From positions 44,128,944 to 44,192,943 of the forward strand of contig NC_068991.1 in assembly GCF_001194135.2 (NCBI RefSeq): a stretch of DNA of 64,000 bases, read 5' to 3'. How positions within the stretch are numbered: position 1 is the first letter of the stretch; each line of letters starts with the position of its first letter. The position numbers were made by a program, and so were the translations under genes. The stretch comes from Octopus bimaculoides (lineage: Eukaryota). Shown here piece by piece: positions 61,441 through 64,000 of this stretch. The notes under the pieces are model-generated. The model made no database searches. It was not told where the DNA came from and saw nothing but the letters and a program-made list of their open reading frames with translations.

Positions 61441-62193
61441 GTGACATTAGCAGGCAACTTCTTGTTAAGTTTGGAGTAAATTAAAAGATAAGTTTTCTGT
61501 GTAATCTTTGAAGGCTATCATACATATTTATATAAGCTATCATTCCATTTGATTTGAGTTAGGCTTTAAGTAAAACTGACTCAGCCAAGAGGGCAAATTC
61601 ATATATGTTGCAGCTTCTAAAGTTAGCAGCAGCAGCAGTTTGTTTCTAATATCCACACACTAGTACTATTACTACTACTGTTGTTGCCATTAATACTAAT
61701 AGTAGTATTGCAGCATCAATATCAGTAGCTGCAGTGACGGCAGTGGTGATGACCGCAGCGGTGGCAGCAGTGATGTGTGTGTGTGTGTGTGTGTGGCAGC
61801 GATGGTGGTGGTAGCAGCAGCAGTAGTAGTTGTAGTAGTAGTAAAGTTTATTATGAAATATTGAAATTGGTCTCAGAAATCTCCAACTGCCTCATTGCAG
61901 TAACATAACACTTCTTTGTATTATGTCATATTGCTTAGATGTATGTGTATTTGTATGTATATGTGTACTTCACATGAGTATATGTGGGGGTGGTATGTTT
62001 GTGATATATATATATATATATATACATACATACAATACATACATACAGACACACACACACACGTGCACACACACATACACACATTTGCCTACATGTGTTT
62101 GTCTTTCTTTCTACATATTAACATAAATGTATATATATGGTGCTCCAGCATGGTTGCACTCAAATGACTGAAACAAATAAAAGAATAAAAATG

Positions 62194-62232
<39 letters not shown>

Positions 62233-63345
62233 ATAGGTTTTTATACCCTTATATGAGCACATGTTTGTGTGTTATTTTTATATCTATATTTATCTACGCA
62301 TACACACGTATATAACTGACATACATACACATATACATAAATCATCTCTTATTACTATGCGCAAGGTCAATTTCATTAACAGGATGGGAGTATAGATTTT
62401 TATTTATTTAAATATATATATATATCTTATTAACTAATTTTGGCCTAAGTATAATACTGGTGAACTAAAAAGGAAGCATTTGCATTTGTCCTGATAAAAA
62501 TAAGGGCGAAATCTCTCTGAAATCACATTCTGCCATCTTAAAGAGAAAAAGAAACGAAAAGAAAAAAAATCACATTAGAAAGTTAGGGATGCACCATGTC
62601 TGAAAGAAAAGTGGGAATGCTTAGAATGCTTCTGATCATAGGTCTGCTTTTGTAGAGCTTACTTGAGGCTAAATGATAATTGGTGCTTATTTTATTTACT
62701 GCTTCTTTTGACTAGAAGTTATAGACCTTTTTATATTGAAAAACAGTGTTTGTTCAACTGATATGATAATATAACTATGAAGCTCTTTATTAAATGCCAA
62801 ACGTTTCCCAGTGTACTTAAGACTAGTTGTTAAGATATTAAGATATGATTTCATGCAGATTTAGTCACCATTCCCAACAGGTCAAAAATCAGGGAAAAGC
62901 AGAATAAGTAAATAATAAATGCAAGCTTTGAGATCTGTTCTAGTCCCTAATCACCAACAAACTAACCTTTACCTGATTACTTGACCTGCTAACAGAAGAA
63001 AAAGAAAACTAAGTTTTAACTTAAACACTGCTCTACAATCTTAAAAAGAGAAAGATGAATTTTTGATAAAAGTTCTGCTGTATTGTCAGAAAATAAGTTT
63101 GCATGATCATGCCTGGAACTTAGCTAATCATTCATTGGGTTGTAAGTTTGCATGAAATCATATCTTAATGACTAGTCTTAAGTACACAGGGAAACACTTG
63201 GCATTTAATAAAGAGCTTCATAGTTATATTATCATATCAGTTGAGCAAAGTAGGATGTGGATAAAGGCTTGCAAATTTAGAGAGCAGAGTGAAATGATAT
63301 GATGATCCTGGAATAAAAGGGTGAATGATGATTTTAATGACTTAA

Positions 63346-63563
63346 TCCTTTAGCATTTAAACAGGCCATATCCAGCCCAAATATTCTACCTGTTTTATGT
63401 TCAAACTAGCCAGATCTGGCTTCTCACCTTCCTGACAATGTCATTCTAAAAGTAAATGTTCATATCATTGAAATCTTGAAGCTACAGGAAAATGCATGAT
63501 TAATTCAAAACAATGTGAATAAATAAGTATTACTTTTGACAAAGTAATCTGAATGCTAAAGGT
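63346..63563. mobile_element. piggyBac-like MITE
   Basis: TTAA|tcctttagcatt ... aatgctaaaggt. Confidence 0.65.
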
Positions 63564-63708
63564 CTAGACCTTTTTATACCAAGTAGGGATTGTAAAGGTA
63601 TTATGAACCATGGATGTGCATCTGCATTGAAGAAAGTAATGTCTTTAATTTTACAGATTCATAAGTATACAACTTGTCTTAAATTTCAGTTTTGATTTTA
63701 AGGCTTTA

Positions 63709-63928
63709 CCCTTTCATTACTGTATTTATTTTGAGATGCTTTGTGTTTCTTTCAATTACTTTAAATATAACAAAGAATTTATTAAAATAACTTAGTTATC
63801 ATTAAGCCAGTGTTAGGAACATAAATTGTGACTAAGGTTTGGGGGAAGATTTTAATTCAAAACTTATGAAAACAAGACATTTGTACTCAGAGCCAGAGCC
63901 GGTTTCAGCCGGTTTGGTAACGAAAGGG
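63709..63928. mobile_element. piggyBac-like MITE
   Basis: ttta|ccctttcattac ... gtaacgaaaggg|TTAA. Confidence 0.75.
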
Positions 63929-64000
63929 TTAAACCATATTTTACATTTTTCTTTTCTTTTTTTTTTGTAAGGGTTTTCATCTGTAATGTGTATAATGACA

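Overview
This is an AT-rich, gapped (8 large N-runs), microsatellite-laden animal genomic window. Its repeat repertoire (tRNA-derived SINEs, CORE-type SINEs with internal microsatellites, RTE 3' ends with CAT/GAT tails) points to an octopus genome; this is inference. No intact host gene could be named. Most ORF-track entries are microsatellite or N-gap artefacts. The interpretable coding sequence is decayed transposon ORFs: Penelope RT, a CR1/L2/Jockey-group LINE, several RTE copies (one with a PHD-type finger), Hero and R4/Dong restriction-like-endonuclease LINEs, mariner, a Tc1 element with D35E spacing, pogo/Tigger and hAT. There are also TTAA MITEs and Helentron-type HINEs. A CpG-retaining domain at about 22.1-26.4 kb may mark gene ends, and several isolated exon-like segments are listed at low confidence. 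The most notable non-coding signal is a set of minimal type I hammerhead-ribozyme-like motifs in Penelope-type terminal repeats. These include a 127-bp head-to-head fold-back carrying one motif on each strand and a well-formed single motif at 28.1 kb. Other structured elements are a pre-miRNA-sized hairpin and a tRNA-like cloverleaf enclosed by an inverted repeat. All alignments were done by eye, so boundaries of decayed elements are approximate.
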